Source: an uncultured Verrucomicrobiota bacterium
GTDB taxonomy: Bacteria; Verrucomicrobiota; Verrucomicrobiia; Limisphaerales; UBA9464
DNA: 64,000 nt
Assembly: GCA_903854475.1 (NCBI GenBank)
Contig: CAINWP010000064.1
Coordinates: forward strand, 5,590-69,589
Reading direction: 5' to 3'
The translations under genes and the position numbers were made by a program. Below the pieces are notes generated by a model. It saw only the letters and a program-made list of their open reading frames with translations, searched no databases and was not told the DNA's origin. Of the stretch, positions 36,134 to 45,570 are shown piece after piece. Numbering within the stretch: position 1 is the first letter of the stretch; each line of letters opens with the position of its first letter.

Positions 36134-38977
36134 GTGCGGTTCCCCGCTTGCCGTCGCCTCTGGCGGGTCCGTAGATTGGCAGCCGTGGCGACCAAAGAGC
36201 GGACAGAGGAATCCAGCAAGGACCGTATCTGGGTCGATAGCCAAGGGTTGTTTCTAATCTTGGTGGCGGTGGTGTTGGCCGCCGCCCTTATTTCCTTTGA
36301 TCGACTAGATCTCGGCGTCAACACCACCGAGCCCAATACGGCCATCCGGAATTGGATGGGTCGCTTCGGAGCCCGCGTGGTTTATGAGCTCCAATTGGTT
36401 TTGGGTTTCGGTACCTGGGTTCTACCGGTGCTCTTCTTGGGATTCGGTTGCGCTTCCTTCGTTCCCTCACTGGCTTATTTGCGGCGATGGCGTTCATTGA
36501 TAGCCTCCCTGGGTCTGGTCGTTGCCTGTGTCGGAGTGCTCGACTTGTGTGAGCGTTGGATTCCCGGAATTCAGCTCCGCAAAAACAGCGGGCCCAGTCC
36601 CGGTGGGATTTTGGGACACCAGATCAACAACGCCTGGGTCGAATATTCGGTAGGGCGTATGGGGGCGGTGGTGACCTACGTGATGGTCTATTTGGCGAGC
36701 TTGCTCTTCCTCACCGACTATCAGTTGCTGGTTTGGATCCGGCAATTGTGGGTGCGAGTCCCGAGGACTCCTGAGGAAAAGTTGGCTGCCGAGCAGGCCT
36801 CCATCGAGAAGAAGGCCAAGGCGTTGGAGAAGAAGTCTCGTGAGTTGACCCAGCGAGCGAGCGTCGAGTCGGAGACCTCCTCCGTGGTGGCCAAGCCTGC
36901 CCGTGGCAAGGCGGCTGTGGTTCCCCAGCCTGAAGGTGCTCCGGAACCTTCCGGAGTGGGAGCCGACTTGCGGCCCTTCCCCGAGGTGACCATTCGTGAC
37001 CTGAGTGTCCCCCAACCCCGGGAGGTTCGGACCGTCCAGGCCGGCGAGGTGATCAAGGCCGATGAAATCTCTGCGGGCGACGATCCGGCTTTGGTAGCGG
37101 AACCTCGGAAGCCCCAGTCGTTGGCAGAGCGTATTTTGGGGCGTCCGCCGGGTGCTGACTTGGATGATGATGAGGGGGGCATCGCTGAATTGGTTGAGTC
37201 CGTCGGACCCAGAGCCGAACCGCCCGATGGTGCCGATGCCGAGGATGCTCCTCCTTGGGATCGGCCTGAGGATGCTGCACATCCAATGGCAGAGGCGTTG
37301 CCCGTGGTCGCTGCTCGTCCACGCGCGGTGATGCAGCCCCGCAAGTCCAAGCCGATCACCGTGGCCAGCGCGCCGATCATCGGAAATTATCGACTGCCTT
37401 CGATTGACCTACTGAGCTTGCCGGACACCACCGTCAAACCGACCGAGACCAAGGAGGAACTCATGGCCAACGCTCGGCTGATGGTTCAAACGCTGGCCCA
37501 GTTCGGCATCGAGGTCGCACCCGGTGATATCACCAAGGGTCCCACCATTACCCGTTATGAATTGCATCCGGCGCCCGGGGTAAAACTGGAGAAGATCGCA
37601 GGCCTGACCAACAACATCGCCGCGGCCATGAAGGCCGAACGGCTGAACATCTTAGCTCCGATTCCCGGCAAATCTTCGGTGGGTGTCGAGGTTCCCAATG
37701 CAATCAAGACCAAGGTGATCATGCGGGATCTTCTGGAATCCCCGGAGTGGCAGAACACGAAGGCTCGGATTCCGCTGGCCTTGGGCAAGGATGTCTATGG
37801 GCATCCGATCATCGCCGACCTGGCTGAGATGCCTCACGTGATGATCGCCGGCAGCACCGGTTCGGGTAAGTCGGTGTGCATCAACACCATCATCGCCTCC
37901 TTGGTGTACCGGTTCAGCCCGGACCAACTCCGCTTCGTGATGATCGATCCGAAGGTGGTGGAATTGCAGCAGTACAACGCGTTGCCGCATCTGGTGGTGC
38001 CTGTGGTGACGGATCCCAAGAAGGTGATCCTTGCCCTGCGATGGGTCGTTAATGAAATGGAGAAGCGCTACCAGATCTTTGCTCGGGTTGGGGTGCGCAA
38101 TATCAAGTCGTTCAATGAGCGGCCGAAAGAAAAACCGCTGCCGCCCAAGGAGCCAGAATTACCGCTGACCACACGCAAGGAGCGTGTCGAACCGGGTGCT
38201 GATGGGTTTGCTGTCCAAATCGATGAACAAATCGTCGTCCCCCGTGACGAGGACATCGTCATCCCGGAAAAGCTCTCCTACATCGTAGTTATTATCGATG
38301 AGTTGGCGGACCTGATGCTGGTGGCTCCGGCCGATGTCGAGATGGCCATTGCCCGTATTACGCAAATGGCGCGGGCCGCGGGCATTCATTGCATCGTCGC
38401 GACCCAACGGCCATCGGTGGACGTCATCACCGGCGTCATCAAGGCCAACATCCCGGCGCGTATCGCCTTCCAGGTGGCGGCCAAGGTCGACTCCCGCACC
38501 ATTCTGGATCAGATGGGTGCAGACAAGTTGTTGGGCAAGGGCGACATGCTCTACTTGCCACCGGGATCTGGGCGATTAATCCGGGCTCAAGGGGCCCTGA
38601 TTACCGACGCCGAGATCGAAGCCGTGATGAGTCATATCAGCGTGCAGGGCAAACCGAGCTACGAGCCCGAGATTCATCAGGCCCTGCAGAAGGCTCAGAG
38701 TAGTATGGGGTCTATGACGCTCGATCCGGACGACGAGGGGAGCAGCGAAGACGAAGAACTCCTCCAAAAGTGCATTGAAATCATCCGTACGGAGAAGAAG
38801 GCGAGTGTTTCACTGCTTCAACGGAGGCTCAAATTAGGCTATGGACGCGCCGCTCGTATGATGGATGAACTGGAGGATCGAGGCGTGGTTGGGCCGGGCA
38901 AGGGGGCTGAACCGCGCGATATTTTGATCGATCTGGATGGGAGTGGTTTCGATGGTGGCGGACAACGGTTAGTCTGA
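36134..38977 (+). CDS. ftsK: DNA translocase FtsK
   Basis: N-terminal TM segments, then a long acidic/Pro-rich linker. Motor domain with Walker A 'AGSTGSGKSVCIN' and Walker B 'VVIIDELADLM', plus 'ATQRPSVDVITG'. C-terminal gamma winged helix 'LLQRRLKLGYGRAARMMDELEDRGVVGP'. The GTG start is uncertain. Confidence 0.9.
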   Translation: MRFPACRRLWRVRRLAAVATKERTEESSKDRIWVDSQGLFLILVAVVLAAALISFDRLDLGVNTTEPNTAIRNWMGRFGARVVYELQLVLGFGTWVLPVLFLGFGCASFVPSLAYLRRWRSLIASLGLVVACVGVLDLCERWIPGIQLRKNSGPSPGGILGHQINNAWVEYSVGRMGAVVTYVMVYLASLLFLTDYQLLVWIRQLWVRVPRTPEEKLAAEQASIEKKAKALEKKSRELTQRASVESETSSVVAKPARGKAAVVPQPEGAPEPSGVGADLRPFPEVTIRDLSVPQPREVRTVQAGEVIKADEISAGDDPALVAEPRKPQSLAERILGRPPGADLDDDEGGIAELVESVGPRAEPPDGADAEDAPPWDRPEDAAHPMAEALPVVAARPRAVMQPRKSKPITVASAPIIGNYRLPSIDLLSLPDTTVKPTETKEELMANARLMVQTLAQFGIEVAPGDITKGPTITRYELHPAPGVKLEKIAGLTNNIAAAMKAERLNILAPIPGKSSVGVEVPNAIKTKVIMRDLLESPEWQNTKARIPLALGKDVYGHPIIADLAEMPHVMIAGSTGSGKSVCINTIIASLVYRFSPDQLRFVMIDPKVVELQQYNALPHLVVPVVTDPKKVILALRWVVNEMEKRYQIFARVGVRNIKSFNERPKEKPLPPKEPELPLTTRKERVEPGADGFAVQIDEQIVVPRDEDIVIPEKLSYIVVIIDELADLMLVAPADVEMAIARITQMARAAGIHCIVATQRPSVDVITGVIKANIPARIAFQVAAKVDSRTILDQMGADKLLGKGDMLYLPPGSGRLIRAQGALITDAEIEAVMSHISVQGKPSYEPEIHQALQKAQSSMGSMTLDPDDEGSSEDEELLQKCIEIIRTEKKASVSLLQRRLKLGYGRAARMMDELEDRGVVGPGKGAEPRDILIDLDGSGFDGGGQRLV

Positions 38978-39103
38978 AGAGGAAGCTTGGGAACCAGCGG
39001 TGGTGAAACCTCGTTGGTGTGCGTACATCGACTCAGCGGGTGCATCTCGCCTTGAGAAAGAAAGAAGTTGGGACTAGAAAGACAGAAACTAGGTCCTCCC
39101 AGC

Positions 39104-40399
39104 ATGCCCCTTCCACGCCCTTCCTCTTTCAACGAAAACACCCTCAGCATCATTATGGGGGGAGGTCAGGGGACCCGATTGTTCCCGTTGACCCGGGATC
39201 GCGCCAAACCGGCGGTGCCGCTGGCGGGCAAGTACCGACTGGTCGATATTCCCATTTCGAACTGCATCAATAGCGGGCTACGTCGCATCTATTTGCTGAC
39301 GCAGTTCAACTCGGCGTCGCTGCACCGGCATGTCTCCCAGAGTTACAAGTTCGATCACTTCAGTGGTGGCTTCGTGGAACTACTGGCGGCCGAGCAGAGC
39401 TTCTCCAGCACGAGCTGGTACCAGGGAACTGCGGATGCGGTCCGGAAGAATCTCCAGCACTTCAAGAACAACGACTTCGAGTACGCACTCATTCTCTCGG
39501 GTGACCAGTTGTACCAGATGGACTTCCAGTCGGTCCTTCAGGCTCATATCGATCACTCTGCCGACCTGACCGTGGCGACCATACCCGTAGCTGCGCGCGA
39601 GGCTTCGGCGCTGGGTATCATGCAAGTCAATCCGGAGAACCGGATCACCCGTTTCGTTGAGAAACCGAAGGATCCGGCGGTGTTGGAGTCCATGAAGCTC
39701 GACCCTACCACTTATCCGAAGTTGGGCATCCAGCGCGATGAAGACCTTTATCTCGCCTCGATGGGTATTTATGTTTTCAACCGCGAGGTTCTCTTCGAGT
39801 TGCTGAACAACAATCACACTGATTTCGGCAAGCACATCATTCCGGGGGCCATCGAGAATCACCGGGTTTATTCCTACATTTTCCAGGGATACTGGGAGGA
39901 CATCGGAACCATTCGAAGCTTCTTCGAGGCCAGTCTCGACCAGACCAGTGATCGGCCCCAATTTGATTTCTTCAATCCCACAGTTTTCACACGGCCTCGC
40001 TACCTGCCGGCCACCCGCATCGAGAGTGCAGCGATCGATCACGCGGTGATCGCCGACGGATGCACCATCGACCATGCTCAGTTGCGCAACGCCGTCGTGG
40101 GTATTCGCTCCATCCTCGACGCCGGGAGTTCCTTGAATCGCGTGGTGATGATGGGTGCCGATTACTACGACAACACCGAGAAGCGCAATCGCCCTGAAAA
40201 CCAGGGGATCCCCATTGGCGTCGGTCGTGGAACACGGATCGACAACGCGATTATCGACAAGAATGCTCGGATCGGCCGCAACTGCATCTTGTCGCCGGAG
40301 GGCAAGGCCGCCGATGTGGATCACCCCCTCTATTACATTCGGGATGGTGTCTTGGTCATTCCCAAGGGTGCGGTCATTCCGGACAAGACCATCATCTGA
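39104..40399 (+). CDS. glgC: Glucose-1-phosphate adenylyltransferase
   Basis: 'IIMGGGQGTRLFPLTRDRAKPAVPLAGKYRLVDIPISNCINSG', 'WYQGTADAV' and a C-terminal left-handed beta-helix region. The first ATG is at 39104 (the track start at 39068 is TTG). Confidence 0.9.
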   Translation: MPLPRPSSFNENTLSIIMGGGQGTRLFPLTRDRAKPAVPLAGKYRLVDIPISNCINSGLRRIYLLTQFNSASLHRHVSQSYKFDHFSGGFVELLAAEQSFSSTSWYQGTADAVRKNLQHFKNNDFEYALILSGDQLYQMDFQSVLQAHIDHSADLTVATIPVAAREASALGIMQVNPENRITRFVEKPKDPAVLESMKLDPTTYPKLGIQRDEDLYLASMGIYVFNREVLFELLNNNHTDFGKHIIPGAIENHRVYSYIFQGYWEDIGTIRSFFEASLDQTSDRPQFDFFNPTVFTRPRYLPATRIESAAIDHAVIADGCTIDHAQLRNAVVGIRSILDAGSSLNRVVMMGADYYDNTEKRNRPENQGIPIGVGRGTRIDNAIIDKNARIGRNCILSPEGKAADVDHPLYYIRDGVLVIPKGAVIPDKTII

Positions 40400-40541
40400 T
40401 CGGTGTTCCGCAGGATGAGGCGAGCGTTCGTGCTGATAAGGTTTACAAAATGATCGCTTGCCTCTCTAGCCGGATTGATATTACTTTGTTGTTTCGTTTG
40501 AGGCAATTCGCCCGTGAAACCGGGCAGAAATACACATTTCT

Positions 40542-40796
40542 ATGGTTCGCATTCGTTTGAAGCGCGGCGGTAACAAAAACAATCCGGTGTACCGGATCGT
40601 GGTGGCTAATGGGCGCAGTCCTCGGGACGGCAAGTTCATTGAAGAGATCGGCACCTACAATCCTAAGACCAAGGGCAACAACTACACCTTGGACTTGGGT
40701 CGTGCCCAGTATTGGATGGGTGTCGGGGCTCAGCCCAGCGAGACAGTGGCTTCTTTCATCAAGAAGTCCGTCAAGGTGGCTGCTGTTGCTGCCTGA
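40542..40796 (+). CDS. rpsP: 30S ribosomal protein S16
   Basis: '[41 protein letters not shown]'. Confidence 0.95.
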   Translation: MVRIRLKRGGNKNNPVYRIVVANGRSPRDGKFIEEIGTYNPKTKGNNYTLDLGRAQYWMGVGAQPSETVASFIKKSVKVAAVAA

Positions 40797-40824
40797 AGCG
40801 TTTCATCGCTGACACGTTGTCGCT

Positions 40825-41061
40825 ATGCAGGCCTTCCTCGAGTTTGTGGTGAAGGAGTTGGTGGATGAGCCGGAAGCGGTCTCCGTGACTCCCACTGAAC
40901 GAGGCGGACTCACAGTGTACGAGGTGCGTGTAGCCCGCCAAGACGCCGGAAAGATCATAGGTCGTCGTGGCGGTACCATCCAAGCCATTCGGTCCGTGCT
41001 CCAAGTGGGCGCGGCCAAGGCGGGGAGACGCTGCACAGTTGATCTGGTTGAGGACGAATAG
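40825..41061 (+). CDS. KH-domain RNA-binding protein (YlqC/UPF0109-like)
   Basis: 78 aa. 'VYEVRVARQDAGKIIGRRGGTIQAIRSV' carries the GxxG KH motif. It sits after rpsP. Confidence 0.85.
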   Translation: MQAFLEFVVKELVDEPEAVSVTPTERGGLTVYEVRVARQDAGKIIGRRGGTIQAIRSVLQVGAAKAGRRCTVDLVEDE

Positions 41062-41119
41062 CGCCGAGACCTTTCTGTCTGGTTATCTGGTTGAGGACGA
41101 AAAGATCCGAGACCTTTCT
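41042..41119. repeat. Two-copy 43-bp tandem duplication spanning the KH-gene stop codon
   Basis: ATCTGGTTGAGGACGAA occurs at 41042-41058 and 41085-41101. CCGAGACCTTTCT occurs at 41064-41076 and 41107-41119. The period is 43 bp. Confidence 0.7.
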
Positions 41120-41230
41120 ATCAGCGGCTCATGGTTCTTGGAGGGTTTCTCAGGGTCTTGCATGGTCTTGTGTTATCGCTGTCTGTAGCAACGCCTTCTC
41201 TGGCTTCAACCAACTCTGGTAGAGTGCCCC

Positions 41231-41926
41231 ATGAAGGTTGATATTTTGACCCTATTTCCGGAGATGTTCTCAGGTCCTTTGGACGAGAGCATTGTGGGGA
41301 GGGCTCGGAAGACAGGGATTTTGGACCTCAAGATCCATTTTCTTCGCGACTGGGCTCATGACCGGCATAAAACGGTTGATGACCGACCCTTCGGCGGTGG
41401 ACCAGGAATGGTTCTTAAGCCGGAACCGATCTTTGAAGCAGTGGAGTCCCTTCGGGGGCCAGAAACGCGAGTCATCCTCACCGCTCCCGGTGGGCGTCCG
41501 TTTAACCAGGCGGTGGCTGGTGAGCTGGCGGCCCTGAATCATGTGATCTTGATTTGTGGGAGCTACGAGGGGTTCGATGAGCGAATCAGGGAGCATTTGG
41601 CTGACGATGCGTTGAGTATTGGCGACTATGTCCTCACCAATGGCGCATTGCCTGCGATGGTCATTGTGGACACCGTCACTCGCCTGTTGCCAGGGGCCCT
41701 TGGGGACGCGATGAGCGCTTCTGAAGAATCTCATGGTGACGGATTGCTGGAATACCCTCACTATACCCGGCCTGCTGATTTTCGCGGGTGGACGGTCCCC
41801 GAGGTGCTCATGTCCGGGAACCACTCCGAAATCGCCCGGTGGAGACAAATGGAATCCATGAGGCGGACGGCTGAGCACCGACCGGATTTGTGGGAAAAGT
41901 ACCGCTGGCGAAAACCGGGCAAATAG
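41231..41926 (+). CDS. trmD: tRNA (guanine37-N1)-methyltransferase
   Basis: 'MKVDILTLFPEMF', 'DDRPFGGGPGMVLKPEP', 'ICGSYEGFDERI', 'SIGDYVLTNGALPAMV'. Confidence 0.95.
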   Translation: MKVDILTLFPEMFSGPLDESIVGRARKTGILDLKIHFLRDWAHDRHKTVDDRPFGGGPGMVLKPEPIFEAVESLRGPETRVILTAPGGRPFNQAVAGELAALNHVILICGSYEGFDERIREHLADDALSIGDYVLTNGALPAMVIVDTVTRLLPGALGDAMSASEESHGDGLLEYPHYTRPADFRGWTVPEVLMSGNHSEIARWRQMESMRRTAEHRPDLWEKYRWRKPGK

Positions 41927-41977
41927 CCCAACTTCTTGCTGTTCGAGTTTGGTTCGAATTTCGATAAAGATCGGTCT

Positions 41978-42010
41978 GGCACTGGTTCGGCACTGGGCCG
42001 GCACTGAAAT
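41978..42010. repeat. Three tandem 11-bp units starting with GGCACTG, upstream of rplS
   Basis: ggcactggttc / ggcactgggcc / ggcactgaaat at 41978, 41989 and 42000. The phasing is one helical turn. They lie in the 198-bp trmD-rplS spacer. Confidence 0.5.
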
Positions 42011-42124
42011 GGATCAAAATTTCGGATGTCGAATTGACGGTTGGAAAGTTTTTTGGAAAATCACATTTTTGTAAGAGTGAGGGTTCGGGAAATTTAGTTT
42101 TGGAAATTTGAAGAGAACACAGCC

Positions 42125-42493
42125 ATGAACAAGGCCGCATTGTTTGACAAAATCGAGGGCGAGCAGTTCCGCAAGGAACCCGCGAAATTCAACGTGGGCG
42201 ATAGCGTCCGGGTGCACACCAAGGTCGTCGAGGGCGACAAGGAGCGCATTCAGATCTTCGCGGGTGTCGTGATTGGTGTCCGCGGCCGCGGTCTGAACCA
42301 AACCTTCACCGTCCGCCGTATTAGCTACGGCGAGGGTGTGGAACGTATCTTCCCGACCCACTCCCCGCGCGTGGATAAGGTTGAAGTGGAGCGTCAGGGT
42401 TCAGTGCGTCGCGCTAAGCTGACCTACCTCCGCGGCCGGATCGGCAAGGGAGCTATGGCAGTCAAGGAAAAGGACACGCTGTTGGCCGCTTGA
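42125..42493 (+). CDS. rplS: 50S ribosomal protein L19
   Basis: '[62 protein letters not shown]'. Confidence 0.95.
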   Translation: MNKAALFDKIEGEQFRKEPAKFNVGDSVRVHTKVVEGDKERIQIFAGVVIGVRGRGLNQTFTVRRISYGEGVERIFPTHSPRVDKVEVERQGSVRRAKLTYLRGRIGKGAMAVKEKDTLLAA

Positions 42494-42526
42494 TAGGAAC
42501 TTAGCTTCCTTCATTTCAAGAATCTC

Positions 42527-42566
42527 ATGGGGTCCGGTGCCAAAGGTGCCGGGCCCCATTTTCTTT
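42527..42566 (+). terminator. Rho-independent terminator after rplS
   Basis: ATGGGGTCCGGTGCC-aaa-GGTGCCGGGCCCCAT, a 15-bp stem that includes three G-U pairs, followed by TTTTCTTT. Confidence 0.65.
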
Positions 42567-42797
42567 GGCTTGGTCAGGGTGTTCTCTGCCTATCCCTTCC
42601 GCTGGATTCGTAAGAGGTCTCCGCTCCCTCGTTTTTGGACGAAACACTGGGGGGTAAAGATGAGGGTGTGCATCTAGCCGAACCAGTGAGACCCCCGCTG
42701 GAAATTCTCGCAGGAAACCGCCTAAAAATAGGGGCCTTCGGGGTTGACACTCACTGGTTTTTGAAGTGCTGTGAAGACTCACCTTTCCCTAACTCCA

Positions 42798-44159
42798 GTG
42801 CTTACCATTCTGGGCCCAAAATCATCGTCTTGCGGCTTTTGCGACGGCGTCTCGCGGCGGGGGTTTTTGCGTATTGGTGCGTTGGGTATGGGTGGCGTGG
42901 GTCTTTCCTCGTTGCTTCGTGCGGAATCATCGGTGGGTCTTCGTTCTGCGGGTCGATCCCACAAGGCGGTCATCCTCATTTTTCTGCCGGGTGGGCCCAG
43001 CCATCAGGACATGTTCGATCTCAAGCGGGATGCTCCGGCTGAGATACGGGGCGAATTCAATCCGATTGCCACGTCGGTGCCTGGGTTGCAGATCTGCGAG
43101 CATTTGCCGCGGATGGCGAAGGTGATGGATCGATGCACGCTGATCCGTTCGATGGTGGGCATGGAAGATCGTCACGAGTCCTTCCAAACTTACACCGGTC
43201 GCTTGAACCGGAATCAACCTCCGGGAGGCTGGCCGGCGATGGGGGCTCTGCTGGCAAAGCTTCAAGGTTCCGCCGATCCGGCCATTCCCGCCTCCGTCGG
43301 GTTGGCACCTAAGATGGGGCATGTCCCTTGGTCGGATAACGGCGTGGCTGGTTATCTGGGAGCGGCCTATGCGCCCTTCGAGATCAACAAGGGTGGTGGC
43401 AAGGACGACATGGTGCTCAATGGCATCACTTTGGATCGCCTCGCCGATCGACGAACGCTCTTGGCGGCCATCGATGGCTTCCGTCGTGAGGTGGACACCA
43501 GCGGTCAGGTGGCCGGGGCTGATGCCTACACGCAGCAGGCGTTTGGTATTCTGACCTCCAGCCGCCTCATGCGTGCCCTGGATTTCAAAAATGAGGACCC
43601 CGCGGTCGTGGCTCGTTATGGTCAGGGAGACTCCCGCAATCGGGATGATGGGGCGCCGAAACTGATGGAACAGTTCCTAGTAGCCCGACGTCTGGTCGAG
43701 GCGGGGGCCCGTTGTGTCACTCTCGCCTTCAGCCGATGGGATCATCATGGCGATAACTTTGGAGCGCTGCGTCAGGATCTTCCGTTGTTCGATCAGGGGC
43801 TCAGTGCGCTCATCACCGATCTCAACGAGCGGGGATTAGACAAGGATGTGTCCGTGTTAGTCGCTGGAGAGTTCGGGCGGACTCCTACCATTAACAAGGA
43901 TGGCGGTCGTGATCACTGGCCTCGGGTGGGTTTTTCGCTCTTGGCCGGAGGCGGCCTCCGGCATGGGCAGGTCATCGGATCCACCGACCGATTGGGAGGC
44001 GAGGCTGATTCTCGGCCGACCACCTTCGGCGAGGTTCATGCGACGTTGTATCACGCCATGGGCTTAGACGTGAACAAGGTCACCGTTCCGGATTTGAGCG
44101 GTCGGCCCCAATTCCTCGTCGACCCGGGGGTTCAGCCCATGAAAGAACTGGTGGGATGA
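42798..44159 (+). CDS. DUF1501 family protein (sulfatase/alkaline-phosphatase superfamily), twin-arginine leader
   Basis: 'CDGVSRRGFLRIGALGMGG' (Tat-like), 'LPGGPSHQDMFDLK' and C-terminal 'DGGRDHWP'. I place the start at GTG 42798 because '(V)LTILGPKSSSCGFCDG' aligns with the paralog's 'MLTLAGPSNRFCDG'. The track start is GTG 42771. Confidence 0.85.
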   Translation: MLTILGPKSSSCGFCDGVSRRGFLRIGALGMGGVGLSSLLRAESSVGLRSAGRSHKAVILIFLPGGPSHQDMFDLKRDAPAEIRGEFNPIATSVPGLQICEHLPRMAKVMDRCTLIRSMVGMEDRHESFQTYTGRLNRNQPPGGWPAMGALLAKLQGSADPAIPASVGLAPKMGHVPWSDNGVAGYLGAAYAPFEINKGGGKDDMVLNGITLDRLADRRTLLAAIDGFRREVDTSGQVAGADAYTQQAFGILTSSRLMRALDFKNEDPAVVARYGQGDSRNRDDGAPKLMEQFLVARRLVEAGARCVTLAFSRWDHHGDNFGALRQDLPLFDQGLSALITDLNERGLDKDVSVLVAGEFGRTPTINKDGGRDHWPRVGFSLLAGGGLRHGQVIGSTDRLGGEADSRPTTFGEVHATLYHAMGLDVNKVTVPDLSGRPQFLVDPGVQPMKELVG

Positions 44160-44232
44160 CTCCATCCATTCATTCTCAGACTGGCGTGTTTTTGCGTGAA
44201 CATGCGAGTAATCCATTTACGTCAGCCTAGCC

Positions 44233-45570
44233 ATGTTGACCCTTGCCGGACCCTCTAACCGTTTTTGTGACGGAATCTCCCGACGGAGTTTTCTCCGCAT
44301 TGGCGGATTGGGATTGGGAGGATTGAGCCTGCCTCAGTTGTTGCAGGCTGAAGCAGCAGCTGGGCTCCGGTCCAACCACAAGGCTGTGATCATGGTGTAC
44401 CTGCCGGGAGGGCCGCCTCATCAAGATACCTTCGATCTGAAGATGGATGCCCCGGCGGAAATTCGTGGCGAGTTCCGCCCGATATCGACCACCGTCCCCG
44501 GGTTTCAAATTTGCGAGCATCTGCCGCTCTTGGCCAAACAGGCCCAGCGGTATGCGGTGATTCGTTCAATTAGCGACGCCATTGATGACCACTCGGATTT
44601 CATGTGCCAGACCGGTCGGCGCAAGGCCAGTCAGCCACCTGGAGGCTGGCCGACCTTTGGTGCGAGCGTCTCCCGGGTGCTAGGTACGACCAATGACTCG
44701 GTCCCGGCCTTCGTGGGTATGGAACCGCGGATGCAGCACCGGCCTTACAATGCCGCCAATGCGGGCTATGCCGGGATATCGCATGATGCTTTTCGCCCTG
44801 CGGCTGACGCCAAGTCCGACATGGTGCTCAATGGCATCACCACCGATCGCTTGGCTGATCGTCGGGCCCTGCTGACCTCCTTTGACCGTTTCCGCCGAGA
44901 GGTGGATGCCAGTGGTCTCATGGCTGGGTTGGATGGGTTCAATCAGCAGGCCTTCGGCATGCTGACCTCGAGTCGCCTGTTGGAGGCGCTGAATGTCGAG
45001 AAAGAGCCCGCCGCAGTCCGGGAACGCTACGGCAAAGGCGATCCCAAGGTGCATGGCGATGCAGCTCCCATGCTCAATGAGCAGTTTTTAGTGGCTCGCC
45101 GATTGGTGGAGGCCGGAGCCCGATTTGTGACCGTGGCTTACGGCTTTTGGGATTATCACGGCAACAATTTCGGCAACGCCCGCAATGACCTGCCTCTGTT
45201 GGATCAAGCCCTCAGCGCTCTCATTGCCGACTTGCATGATCGAGGGCTCCAGAACGATGTCAGCGTCATCGCTTGGGGCGAGTTTGGTCGGTCGCCCACG
45301 ATTAGTAAGGATGGCGGTCGTGACCATTGGCCTCGAGCCAACTGCGCCCTTCTGGCCGGTGGCGGCATGAAGGTGGGGCAGGTGATCGGGGCTACCGATC
45401 GTCTGGGCGGCGAACCCAGCGAGCGGCCTGTCCAGTTTGGCGAGGTGTTCGCCACGCTGTACCAGAACCTGGGTATCGATGTGAACAAGGTCACTCTTCC
45501 GGACCTCACTGGTCGCCCTCAATTCCTGGTCCCCGAGGGGTGTCAGCCCATGCGTGAGTTGGTTTCTTGA
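44233..45570 (+). CDS. DUF1501 family protein, second tandem paralog
   Basis: 'CDGISRRSFLRIGGLGLGG', 'LPGGPPHQDTFDLK', 'DGGRDHWP'. Roughly 60% identical to the upstream copy by eye. Confidence 0.85.
   Translation: MLTLAGPSNRFCDGISRRSFLRIGGLGLGGLSLPQLLQAEAAAGLRSNHKAVIMVYLPGGPPHQDTFDLKMDAPAEIRGEFRPISTTVPGFQICEHLPLLAKQAQRYAVIRSISDAIDDHSDFMCQTGRRKASQPPGGWPTFGASVSRVLGTTNDSVPAFVGMEPRMQHRPYNAANAGYAGISHDAFRPAADAKSDMVLNGITTDRLADRRALLTSFDRFRREVDASGLMAGLDGFNQQAFGMLTSSRLLEALNVEKEPAAVRERYGKGDPKVHGDAAPMLNEQFLVARRLVEAGARFVTVAYGFWDYHGNNFGNARNDLPLLDQALSALIADLHDRGLQNDVSVIAWGEFGRSPTISKDGGRDHWPRANCALLAGGGMKVGQVIGATDRLGGEPSERPVQFGEVFATLYQNLGIDVNKVTLPDLTGRPQFLVPEGCQPMRELVS

Noticed and set aside
41951-41959. A GGTTCGAAT string resembling a tRNA T-loop in the trmD-rplS spacer.
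   Set aside because: The flanking bases cannot form a 5-bp T-stem, and no acceptor, anticodon or D arms can be drawn. It is not a tRNA.
41042-42010. Short tandem repeats (43-bp x2, 11-bp x3, and the 12-bp x2 at 24019) considered as CRISPR arrays.
   Set aside because: There are too few copies, no unique spacers of CRISPR length between repeats, and no cas genes in the window.
42744-42749. A perfect TTGACA hexamer upstream of the first DUF1501 gene, considered as a -35 box.
   Set aside because: No acceptable -10 hexamer lies 16-18 nt downstream (TGCTGT/GTGCTG). I therefore did not call it as a feature, although it mildly favours the downstream GTG (42798) start.
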